Positions 50,700 to 61,586 of a stretch of DNA of 64,000 nt are shown one piece after another; position 1 is the stretch's first letter, and each line of letters begins with the position of its first letter. The notes under the pieces are model-generated. The model was not told where the DNA came from. It was given only the letters and a program-made list of their open reading frames with translations, and did not search any database. The stretch spans positions 7,316,001 to 7,380,000 of the forward strand of contig NC_043005.1 of NCBI RefSeq assembly GCF_006345805.1. Reading direction: 5' to 3'. The DNA is from Octopus sinensis (Eukaryota). Both the position numbers and the translations under genes were made by a program.

Positions 50700-51810
50700 C
50701 ACGCAAACGTTCTCACAGATACCTAGTCTTGTTATGGCATGGAAATCTGTAAAAACCAAACAGGATATAGATGAGAACTGAGCCCTGATGGGCCCTGATA
50801 CCAGCAGGCTAGATTTTTTACTGAACCCATCAGTAACTCAAACCTTGCAAAATGGAAAAGACCTTTGTTGCCAATAGTAGTAGTAGTTTACTGAACTTTC
50901 TCAAACCCATTCTTACTCTAGCTACTATACTTCAGAGTAACCATCTTCCTCGCTAATTACATAAGCAAACGTTATCAACACAGACACACAGCCATCCTGA
51001 CATTTAGGAGAATAAACACCAAGAGTGCATGCATCTACTACGAAGCTTACATTCCCTGTTAGCTTGCCTGTGATTCCACTACATCTCTTGTCTATCCATA
51101 GCTTACACTGAGTACAATGTATGGAGTTTACATGTAGCCCTTTTTCTGCGTATCAAGGTCCTGTCTTTTTCCCTACTTACTAAAACTGTTGTCTTTGCTA
51201 AGCTTACCTTAAGTTCTAGGTTTAGCTTCCAAGCCTGGAATTTTCTTTCTAATTCCCCAATAAATTCAGCTATGAGAACAAGACCATCACCATATAGGAA
51301 TTCCTATGAACATCCATTCTTAAACTCCTCATTGATAGCCTATCAGGCAATAATGAATAGGAAAGGACTGAGGATTGAACCATGATGGACCCCTATCCTC
51401 ACATTAAATTCTTCACTGAAATTGTTGTTGATTCTCACTTTATTTACTGCATCTTTGTACATAGCTTGTACAGCCCTCACAAGCTATTCATCTACACAGA
51501 GTTTCCTTTGTGACTACCAAATTACTGAATGAGGTCCTCTGTCAAATGCTTCCTCTTAGTCAATGAATGCCAGGAACAGGAGTTTACCCTGTTTTTCCAA
51601 GTATTTCTTCTGCAGTTGCCTTACTACAAAATTGCATTTGTGGTACACCTTCTGAACATGAAGCAAAATGCATCTCATTTACGTCCACTCTATCACAGAT
51701 CAATTGTGCTTTGACTTTCTCTATGACCTTCATAACTAGTTCCAGTAGTTTGAATTTTCTCCATTGTTGCCTCTCTCTAATGCATCTCCTTTGCCCTTGT
51801 AACTGTTTAT
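50700..51810 (-). mobile_element. Highly degenerate RTE reverse-transcriptase fragment
   Basis: Minus-strand remnants VMKVIEKV, FLAFIDxEEAFDR, GVHHGSILSPFLF, with many stops. Confidence 0.75.
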
Positions 51811-51816
51811 GATTAT

Positions 51817-52083
51817 CATCATCATCATTGTTCGACCGTGGTCGAGACAATGGAATTTACCATGCTACGCCAGACTTCACAGTCCATCATGGCATTACGA
51901 AGGTCCTGTTGCTGGATACCTGTATCCCTGGAGATTACATCAGGGTAGGAGAGTGTGCGCCCTCTGGTATTGCGAGTAGATGGCTTCCAGAGGAGGAGAG
52001 TAGAAATTACCTCTTTTTCAGCTCTACAACAATGTCCAGCAAACTGGACTCTCTTACCTTTCACAAGAGATGACACAGGTGGT
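51817..52083 (-). mobile_element. RTE/RTEX-like LINE 3' fragment, second copy
   Basis: Near-identical to 19293-19550. Confidence 0.8.
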
Positions 52084-52267
52084 AGAGATACGGTACAACT
52101 AATAATAACTTTCAGGAGATACAGTAACATCTATATAATAAATATTATTCCATAAATTTGGTGGTTCACTATGTACAAGTATTAAAATAACTAATTTATA
52201 TTGCTACTGAACAAAAATTACTCCAAGAAGAGAAAAAATGTGAAAAATGGTAAAATAAATAACTCAC

Positions 52268-52316
52268 TGAAGGAAATAATGTGTACATATAACCAGAAAT
52301 AACTCTCTATTTCATA
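52268..52316 (-). CDS. TMEM241: TMEM241 exon (YEIESYFWLYVHIISF)
   Basis: ttttgcag| and |gtgagt, 49 nt. YFWxxxH matches human GYFWAIIHL. Confidence 0.9.
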
Positions 52317-52429
52317 CTGCAAAACAAGAAAGACAAGGAGTTAAATGAGATTTAATTATATAAAAATTAGCAAAATAGATATATGCATATACATACATAT
52401 AAGAGAACAAAGAGTACTATGCAGCTATA

Positions 52430-52654
52430 TATATATATATATATATAAAATAAAATACAAAATGGGATAAGAACGCAAAACGGGACAACAAAAGATCCAG
52501 ATAGACGATACAAAAAAACAGACAGGTCATTTGAAGCCTTCTATCTTCAGTCAAGAACTGGATCATTCTCGAATCTAATGCTCTTAGCTTAATTTTTCCT
52601 TGGGGCTGGCCAGATTGGAGCAATCTCAAGATTAATCAGCTGAAATTGCGAGGA
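52430..52654. mobile_element. Internally inverted copy of the 33849-34000 repeat
   Basis: About 52430-52571 is the reverse complement of the distal part; 52572-52654 is the direct proximal part. Confidence 0.65.
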
Positions 52655-53293
52655 TTTCTAGCGTGTAGAATTCCTATAAGTGGATTCCTTATGTGTTTAA
52701 ATATACACTATATTGTATGACTAATATATAGTCTTTTTGACTAAATTTTTACAAGTTAGACCACTGGAAATGTAAATTTTAATTAATTTTCATTTCCCTT
52801 TGATATGATTAAATATTGTAAGTTTTTGGATAATTTTTGATTTTAAAAATTGGTGGTTCTTTTTATTGCCGGCGAAGGACTGTGGCTGCGCAGTAGATTT
52901 TGAAAGAGTTAGGATGTATAAACACAGGGCAAATAGTTTTGATTGTCCCGTGTGTATACGTTTAACCCTAGGTGGAACTGCTGAAGAAGATCACACCTAG
53001 TGAGTTCCTTGATTCGCTAAAATAAGATCAGAAACCAATTGGTCCAGGAAACTAGATGGTAAAATGTTTTTCATTTTTCAATTTGTTCCTGTTGAATTTT
53101 ATCCCAAATTTTTGTGGTTATAGAACCTAGCTGTTCTTTCTAGCATGTAGAATTCCTATAAGTGGATTCCTTATGTGTTTAAATATACACTATATTGTAT
53201 GACTAATATATAGTCTTCTTGACTAATTTTTTACAAGTTCAACCACTGGAAATGTAAATTTTAATTAATTTCCATTTCCCTTTGATATGATTA
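52655..53293 (+). mobile_element. 482-nt repeat unit with 157-bp direct repeats and a hammerhead motif (retrozyme or Penelope pLTR-like)
   Basis: 52655-52811 is repeated at 53137-53293 with few mismatches; hammerhead at 52978-53047. Confidence 0.65.
52968..53047 (+). ncRNA. Candidate type I hammerhead ribozyme (GUC site, palindromic helix III)
   Basis: CUG-CUGAAGA-A-GAUC[33 nt]GAUC-A-GAAA-CCAAUUGG-UC-CAG. Intact core; A.A mismatch at the base of helix II. Confidence 0.7.
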
Positions 53294-53336
53294 TATATAT
53301 ATGTATATGTATATATGTATATTTTTTTTTTTTTTT

Positions 53337-53733
53337 TTACTTGTTTCAGTCATTTGACTGCGGCCATGCTGGAGCACCGCCTTTTAGTCGAGCAAATCGA
53401 CCCTGGGACTTATTCTTTGTAAACCCAGTACTTATTCTATCGGTCTCTTTTGCCGAACCGCTAAGTGACGGGGACGTAAACACACCAGCATCGGTTGTCA
53501 AGCAATGCTAGGGGGACAAACACAGACACACAAACACACACACACACATATACATATATATACATATATACGACAGGCTTCTTTCAGTTTCCGTCTACCA
53601 AATCCACACACAAGGCATTGGTCGGCCCGGGGCTATAGCAGAAGACGCTTGCCCAAGATGCCACGCAGTGGGACTGAACCCGGAACCATGTGGTTGGTTA
53701 GCAAGCTACTTACCACACAGCCACTCCTGCGCC
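53337..53733 (-). mobile_element. SINE family A
   Basis: Consensus match, head-to-head with the copy at 53941. Confidence 0.9.
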
Positions 53734-53739
53734 TATATG

Positions 53740-53788
<49 letters not shown>

Positions 53789-53802
53789 AAATGTATATAT
53801 GT

Positions 53803-53878
<76 letters not shown>

Positions 53879-53885
53879 AAATGTA

Positions 53886-53940
<55 letters not shown>
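53734..53940. repeat. Long (TA)n microsatellite with an internal duplicated ATGTATAAATGTATATATG unit
   Basis: Read directly from the sequence. Confidence 0.95.
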
Positions 53941-53943
<3 letters not shown>

Positions 53944-54725
53944 TGGCTGTGTGGTAAGTAGCTTGTCTACCAACCACATGGTTCCGGGTTCAGTCCCACT
54001 GCGTGGCACTATGGGCAAGTGTCTTCTACTATATCCTCGGGCCGACCAAAGCCTTGTGAGTGGATTTGGTAGACAGAAACTGAATGAAGCCCATCGTCAT
54101 CATCATCATCATCATCATCATCGTTTAGCGTCCGTTTTCCATGCTAGCATGGGTTGGACGGTTCTACTGGGGTCTGTGAAGCCAGAAGGCTTCATCAGGC
54201 CCAGTCAAATCTGGCAGTGTTTCTACGGCTGGATGCCCTTCCTAACGCCAACCACTCCGTGAGTGTAGTGGGTGCTTTTTACGTGCCACCCGCACTGGTG
54301 CCAGACAGAGCTGGCAAACGGCCACGAACGGATGGTGCTTTTTATGTGCCACCGGCACGAGGGCCAGGCGAGGATGGCAACGGACACGAAACGGGGCGGT
54401 GCTGGCAACGGTCGCGAAACGGAAAGTTCTCTTACAAGCCACCGGCACTGGTAACACATCTGCAATTTCCATTGATCGATTTCGATTGATCGATTTCGAT
54501 TCTGATATGCGTGTTTGTGTGTCTGTGTTTGTCCCCTAGCATTGCTAGACAACCGATGCTGGTGTGTTTATGTCCCCGTTACTTAGCGGTTCAGCAAAAC
54601 AGACCGATAGAATAAGTACTGGGCTTACAAAAGAATAAGTCCCGGGGTCTAGTTGTCGGTTAAAAGGCGGTGCTCCAGCATGGCCACAGTCAAATGACTG
54701 AAACAAGTAAAAGAGTAAAAAGAGT
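53941..54725 (+). mobile_element. SINE family A interrupted by a family-B retroposon (54094-54505)
   Basis: 5' half 53941-54093 and 3' half about 54506-54725 flank the insert. Confidence 0.85.
54094..54505 (-). mobile_element. Family B retroposon nested in a family-A SINE
   Basis: (CAT)n tail on the left, (AATCGA)-type leader on the right. Confidence 0.88.
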
Positions 54726-54729
54726 ATAT

Positions 54730-55997
54730 AGTGGATTGGCAACTAAGTCATCGCTGTTTTTTTAAATTTTGGAATTTATTGCGTTTTTAAATTTTGGAAT
54801 CTATTTTTTTCTAGAATTCTATTTTTGAATCATTTTGGAATCTATTTTGTTTTTTTTCTAGTTAATTTTAGTTAATTTTTGTTTATTTTCAGATCATTAA
54901 AATGGAATGTCAAGTTAAGAAAAATGAGCATTTTTGACACCTCCTTTTTGCTTTTAATCAAGGTTCTAAAGCTGCAAAAGCTGCTCACAACATTTGTACT
55001 GTGTATGGAGAGGGTGCCATAACTGAAATAACCGCTCGTGATTGGTATGCCAAGTTCAAAAATGGAAATTTTGACCTCAAAGATGCACCTCATTCTGGCC
55101 ATCCCGTTGAGTTTGATGAAGAGTGATTAAACCAACTTTTGCACAAAAATTCTCATCAAACAACAAGAGAACTGGCAGAGAAAATGGAATGCTCCCACAC
55201 TGCTATAGAGAAGCATCCTCACTCGATGGGAAAGGTTCAGAAGTATGGAGCATGGGTTCCACATGCTTTGAGTGACAACAGCAAAAATCAACGAGCCACA
55301 ATTTCCGCTGGTTTGCTTGCTCGTCACCGCTCAACTCATGGACACAAGCAACGATTTCTTTACCGAAACATTACTGGCAATGAAAATATGAATATGAAGC
55401 AGCGTAAGGAATGGCTTAGCCCCAGTAAACAAGCGACACTGCGCATGAAACAAGATCTTCATCCACGTAAAACGATGTTGTGCGTATGGTGGGACTGGGA
55501 AGGGATTATCCATTATGAATTGCTTGAATGGAACCAAACGGTCAATGCGGAACTCTATGTTCAACAGATAGAATGACTCAACACGGCTATTCAAGAGAAA
55601 AAGCCTAATCGGCAGCATGGAGTTTTTCTGCTGCACGACAACGCCCGCCCTCATATCGCCAATATGACCAAGGAAGCCATTTAAACGCATGGCTGGGAAG
55701 TGCTGCCACACCCACCGTACTCTCCTGATTTGGCACCAATGGATTTCTGCCTCTTTCAATCTCTTTCAAATGCTATGTGCGGAGTTTTGTTCAATACTGA
55801 TGCAGAACTGAGAGCTTGGCTGGATCAATTTTTTGAGTCAAAATCAGGTGATTTCTACCAACAAGGTATTGAAAATCTTGTTGAACGTTGGGAATGATGG
55901 GAAGAAGTTGTAAACAACAAGAGTGAATATATTATTGATTAATTATTTTTTATTAAACCTTATAAAAAATCGGCAGGAACTTAGTTGCCAACCCAAT
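54730..55997 (+). mobile_element. Near full-length mariner transposon; transposase is a pseudogene
   Basis: TIRs (A)TTGGGTTGGCAACTAAG-type. WVPHAL, LLHDNARPH and PHPPYSPDLAPMDF motifs, with stops and frameshifts, about 54902-55930. Confidence 0.92.
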
Positions 55998-56294
55998 AAA
56001 ATTTAAATTTTAAAAATTGGCAGGAACTTAGTTGCCAACCCAATGTGTGTGTGTGTACACGCATGCACGCACACACACAGCACATATATATGTTCAGAGT
56101 TGGAAACAAAACAGAGAGTACTCAATGTATGTAATAGAGTTTTTGTTTATTTGTATATAATCAATGATTCACTCACTGGCTACTCAGTGAATGTGACATG
56201 CACGATCGGGTTCTATGGGGCAGAAATAAATAAATAGATAGAAGGACAGACAGACTGAGAGACAGATTAGTAATAATTATTAAAAATAATTTAC

Positions 56295-56372
56295 CATAGG
56301 ATCACTGTAGACAACTCCAACTGCAGCGGCTCCAATTACAAAATGAAAAATCCAGTCTTTGGCCTCATATAT
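56295..56372 (-). CDS. TMEM241: TMEM241 exon (IYEAKDWIFHFVIGAAAVGVVYSDPM)
   Basis: AG/GT, 78 nt, phase 0/0. Hydrophobic helix ending in a DPx motif, in the position of human LAAAGCLPFNDSQ. Confidence 0.82.
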
Positions 56373-56564
56373 CTATAAAATCAGAGACTTAAATTTAAAT
56401 CTGATTCAATTAGCTTTTAAAAATTGAATTGTTGCTTTCAGGATTTGAGAGTAAAAATCTGAAAAGATGCTAGGTTTAAGGTATTGAAATTTTAAACTGA
56501 AAACCATTGAATAAATCTGCCATAATACTAGGTTTTGCTTAATATTATGGCAAATTTATTCAAT

Positions 56565-56921
56565 GTGCCGGTGGCACATAAGAGAACCATCCGAACGTGG
56601 CCGTAGCCAGCACCGCATCGACTGGCCCCCGTGCTGGTGGCACGTAACAAACACCATCCGATCGTGGCTGTGCCAGCCCTGCCTGGCCTCCGTGCCGGTG
56701 GCACGTAAAATACACCATCCGAGCCTTGTCTGGTACCTGTGTCGGTGGCACAAAAAGCACCCACTATACTCACAGAGTGGTTGGCGTTAGGAAGGGCATC
56801 CAGCTGTAGAAACACCGCCAGATCTGACTGGCCTGGTACAGCCTTCGGGCTTCCCAGACCCCAGTTAAACCGTCCAACCCATGCTAGCATGGAAAGCGGA
56901 CGTTAAACGATGATGATGATG
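56565..56921 (+). mobile_element. Family B retroposon
   Basis: About 3 units plus RTE tail. Confidence 0.85.
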
Positions 56922-57106
56922 ATTTCATCAGTTTTATTTTTCAGTCTGATATATCTGATTGCTGGTGAAAATACCTCCTCAAATTAATTTACTTAACCTG
57001 AATATAAAGCATTCTTTTCTAACTCATAGTTTCATTTTTGTTTTTATAAGCTTCTACTTAGATATCATAGTTGTGTTCTACAACAAAAGCATACTAGGCT
57101 TCCATA

Positions 57107-57502
57107 TCTTTATATATAAAAGTGAGGTTGTGTGCTGTCTGTCTCCTACGATTTAGATTCCTAACTACTCCCACATTTTGCAGTGCAGTTTAACCAAAAC
57201 CGGATATTTTATAGTCGTGATTCATATCGAGCCCTTCTGGGTATTAGCGCGCGTCTACGATGAGTCTACGATTTAAAAAAAAATTTACCATCAATTTTTC
57301 CCATTTTTAATGCATTTTTGGCATATATAAGGGAAGTAACTCTCTAAAAATTTATTATTAAATCTCAGAACGTAAAAAGCTACAGTAACCCCCCCCCCTT
57401 GTAGTTAGCCATATTGAGATGGCTATTATACTTTACATCTCTAAAAATGCTTATATAGTTATTTCCCTTACAAACCCGAGCAACGCCGGGCGATACTGCT
57501 AG
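57107..57502 (+). mobile_element. Non-autonomous Helitron H1 (variant i)
   Basis: Same termini; intact hairpin and CTAG. Confidence 0.85.
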
Positions 57503-57820
57503 TTAAATATAAAATATTAATTGTTCTAACATAGTCCTTTACATACGAGGCTATAATCAACTGAATCGATATGTGTATATTTATTGTATATATTTTAGTA
57601 ACCACTGAGATAAATTCAGCAGTTTGAGAACCAAAGCCTCAATGACTCTCTGAGGAACAGTGGGCAGATTTCACATTCTGAACCGTAAGAAACAACACCA
57701 GTATGCATTTCCTCTTCTTTTCAAGAAGTTAGTTACAATTCTCTTCAGATTCTTAGGCTTCAGTATTATATTATTGTAAAGTATGTTCTGGAAATAATTT
57801 AAAATTTTGTATTGTTATGC

Positions 57821-58077
57821 CATCATCATCATCATCATCATCATCATCATTTAACGTCTGTTTTCCGTGCTAGCACGGGTTGGATGGTTTAACCGGGGTC
57901 TGGGAAGCCAGGAGGCTGTACCAGGCTCCAGTCTGATCTGGCAGTGTTTCTACAGCTGGATGCCCTTCCTAATGCCAACCACACCTTGAGTGTAGTGGGT
58001 GCTTTTTACGTGCCACCTGCACAGGTGCCAGGGGAAGCTGGCAGCAGCCATGATCGGTTGGTGCTTTGTACATGCCC
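57821..58077 (-). mobile_element. Family B retroposon, 5'-truncated
   Basis: (CAT)n tail and RTE 3'UTR. Confidence 0.85.
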
Positions 58078-58455
58078 CATTTTTAATTGCAATATATTTG
58101 TTATAAACATTTTGTGATTTTGACTGCCTTTGATTTCCTTTTGAGTGAAGGCAATCACTGGACAGATTATTCTAGTTACTGATTATTAAATTCACAAATC
58201 CTCAGAATTTAACAAAATGGTATTTCACCACCAAAGGGAGATAACCACTAAAATTTCATTCAGTAAATATTTTGTAAGGCAAAGCATGATTTACTTGAAA
58301 ACTGCTCTCTAGAAATGGATTGTTATTTTTTATGCTTTTCAGATATAGAAACTTTAAGTAAACAGTTGATCTTTTTTTTATATTGAAATTAAATATAACA
58401 CAAAAATTATGCACCATTTATATATTATAATGGTAAAAAGATTAAATACTCCTAC

Positions 58456-58539
58456 CTTGAAATTCCAATGAAGAACGCATATACTTATATGATTAATCAG
58501 AGCACAGCTATTGAGGACTGCTAAGTATGCTGGAATAGA
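58456..58539 (-). CDS. TMEM241: TMEM241 exon (SIPAYLAVLNSCALINHISICVLHWNFK)
   Basis: AG/GT, 84 nt, phase 0/0. Matches the AIPVFLTLHN segment. Confidence 0.88.
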
Positions 58540-58629
58540 CTATAAAATGATAAAATTAATATATTTTGCAACACCACAAAAACACATCAAAGAAAACGGA
58601 GTTAAAACATGAAGACAAAAAGAAAAAAG

Positions 58630-59372
58630 AAAAATCAAAATCAAGCAACATGAATGGAAATTGTTGCTGTGATACCAGTGCCGGTGGCACATAAGAGAAC
58701 CATCCGACCGTGGCCGTTTGCCAGCCTCGCCTGGCCTCCATGCCGGTGGCACATAAGAGAACCATCCGACCGTGGCCGTTTGCCAGCCTCGCCTGGCCTC
58801 CATGCCGGTGGCACGTAAAAAGCACCATCCGATCGTGGCCGTTTGCCAGCCTCGCCTGGCCTCCATGCCGGTGGCACATAAGAGAACCATCCGACCGTGG
58901 CCGTTTGCCAGCCTCGCCTGGCCTCCATGCCGGTGGCACATAAGAGAACCATCCGACCGTGGCCGTTTGCCAGCCTCGCCTGGCCTCCATGCCGGTGGCA
59001 CATAAGAGAACCATCCGACCGTGGCCGTTTGCCAGCCTCGCCTGGCCTCCATGCCGGTGGCACATAAGAGAACCATCCGACCGTGGCCGTTTGCCAGCCT
59101 CGCCTGGCCTCCATGCCGGTGGCACGTAAAAAGCACCATCCGATCGTGGCCGTTTGCCAGACTTGTCTGGCACCTGTGCAGGTGGCACATAAAAAGCACT
59201 CACTACACTCATGGAGTGGTTGGCGTTAGGAAGGGCATCCAGCCATAGAAACATTGCCAGATCAGACTGGGCCTGGTGCAGCCTTCTGGCTTCCCAGACC
59301 CCAGTTGAACTGTCCAACCCATGCTAGCATGGAAAGTGGACGCTAAACCATGATGATGATGATGATGATGAT
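58630..59372 (+). mobile_element. Family B retroposon with expanded VNTR
   Basis: AAAATC leader, eight units of 62-63 bp, RTE tail, (GAT)n. Confidence 0.9.
58679..59160 (+). repeat. GC-rich minisatellite, 62-bp unit x about 8
   Basis: Units start at 58679, 58741, 58803, 58866, 58928, 58990, 59052 and 59114; near-identical. Confidence 0.95.
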
Positions 59373-59992
59373 TACCAATTATTGCATTAAAGCGGATATT
59401 TTCAAACAACAAATAATTCAAGGTAGAGTAGATAAAAAGATAATATCACATAAGCATATTATAAAGTTACTTTTAAAAATAAATACTAACATAAAAGAAT
59501 ATGAAGCTAATTTTCAAGAGAGTACTTGGCTGAATTTTAGTTTGCGGTGTCCTAACAGAAGCTCACTGTTAGGGTTTCGAGAGATGGTTCCATCAAATAA
59601 TGCAATATCCCATAGTCTTTTATCACCACTTTGGTATCCTTACTAGCAAATATACAAGTATGAGATGCCACTGATTTACAATAAGGTTTTGCAAGGTGAT
59701 TAGTATAGTACCCAGCAACAAAAGTCTGTGATTTTGCTTTTGTTCTCCTTGCTACAATATTTTTTAAACTGTAAAGATAATCAAGTGCAAAACAAACTCA
59801 TATCTTCTAGGTACTTCTCTTTTCTTTTTCCTTATGGCAACATAATAGCCTCAATCAAATGAAATAATTGGTTAGGTAGCTGTTATTTCAATACCTATTA
59901 TGCTTGTCAACAAGTTTTCAAACCTGGTTTGTACGAGATAAATTGCTGCTCTAAAGAAGATTCTCTAAATTCTCCAAACTGTCAAAGCTCAT

Positions 59993-60415
59993 CACCATCA
60001 TCATCATCGTTTAACGTCCGTTTTCCATGCTAGCACGGGTTGGATGGTTTGACCGAGGTCTGGGAAGCCAGGAGGCTGCACCAGGTGCCAGTCTGATCTG
60101 GCAGTGTTTCTACAGCTAGATGCCCTTCCTAACGCCAACCACTCCGTGAGTGTAGTGGGTGCTTTTTACGTGCCACCAGCACAGGTGCCAGGGAAGGCTG
60201 GAAACAGCCATGATCGGTTGGTGGTTTTTACATGCCACCAACACAGAAGCCAGTCAAGGTGGCGCTGACATCGGTCACATACAGATGATGCTTTTTACGT
60301 GCCACCGGCACAGGTGCCAGGGTAGACTGACAATGGCCACGGACAGTTGGTGCTGTTTACATGCCACCGGCACGGAAGCCAGTCAAGGTGGAGCTGGTAT
60401 CGGCCACATACAGAA
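59993..60415 (-). mobile_element. Family B retroposon, diverged subfamily
   Basis: (CAT)n tail, RTE 3'UTR, about 4 diverged units. Confidence 0.82.
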
Positions 60416-61586
60416 AGTGTTTTTTCATAGTTCAATAATTTCCAAATGGTTTAAAAGTGATCATATAACAGAAACATAAGATGCATCCTACAACAGAAAA
60501 ATAATCATTCCCAGTTACCAATTGGAATGAATTAATGGGAAAATACAAAAGGATCACTCTCCTTCCTCTTTATGTTCTTTGCCAAAAGGACATTTCAACA
60601 TTGTCCAGAACTCATTCCTCAATCTAAATTGCTCTGAAATAAAACACTACTTATTCACTGTCAGCTTTTTCTTCAACAACCCACCCTTAAATACACCAGC
60701 TTATCTGGATTTTTGTTTACAGGCTAACCTCCTCACCACAACAATGCTAACTTCTTAGTTTCTAAAGTCTAGAATCTAAACAAACCTGACACTCATTTAA
60801 CCATTGAGTGTTATCTTAATATAGAGCTTGTCTTCATAAAACTCTTTGATTCCCTTCTCTTTCCATACATAGATCTATTCAAATATACACTAAAAAACGT
60901 TGAAATATTTAAATGTGCACGTCATACCCCAAGAAAAAAATTACCTCACACTTCCAACTTCCAGCTATCTCTCTTATTTTCAACCTGATGGTAACAGTAA
61001 TGATCCTAAACTACATTGGAACATTAAAATCTCTGACAACAATAATAATAACTAAACTTTTATTTGTTATTTTTTTGTCAGTCACAATCATCATCATCAT
61101 CATTTAACGTCCGTTTTCCATGCTATACAACATGTCACCCAGAGCAAGAGCAGCAGAGGAGTTGGTCCTACAAAAAGTAGTGTTTAGATATGCATGGAGA
61201 CACCCACATCATTTTGTAACATTTTATGATATTTTGAGAAAAAGGAAGGACCAGCATCCATTCAGTTATTCAAAATGCAGATGAGGTTTGGTTGAAACTA
61301 CCTAATGCACAGCACACAACTCAGTGGGGGAAGAGAAACAAAGGGCAATGGAAGAGAACTCCTAAAATAACATTTCAGTCAATGAAATTTGTGTCACATC
61401 TTGGACATCTGTAGGATTGTCAGCTCCTCAAACAATGAAGGAAATGGAGATGCAACCAGCACCACAACCTTGCATAGGTCAAAAAGGGAATGACATCCAC
61501 CCAGGTGAATGGATGACTTTGGATAGGAACATGAGCATTGTGAAGATCTTTATATAAGGAGAGCATGTAGGTGATGTGCCAGAGGA

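Noticed and set aside
58679-59160. Regular 62-bp repeats resembling a CRISPR array
   Set aside because: There are no unique spacers; whole units are repeated. It is a VNTR inside a eukaryotic retroposon, and no cas genes are present.
58540-59317. Longest ORFs in the track (219-253 aa) and similar ORFs at 41313-41750, 53505-54262 and 54154-54552
   Set aside because: These are translations of VNTR, SINE and (TA)n repeats that lack stops. They are not protein-like and have no splice context.
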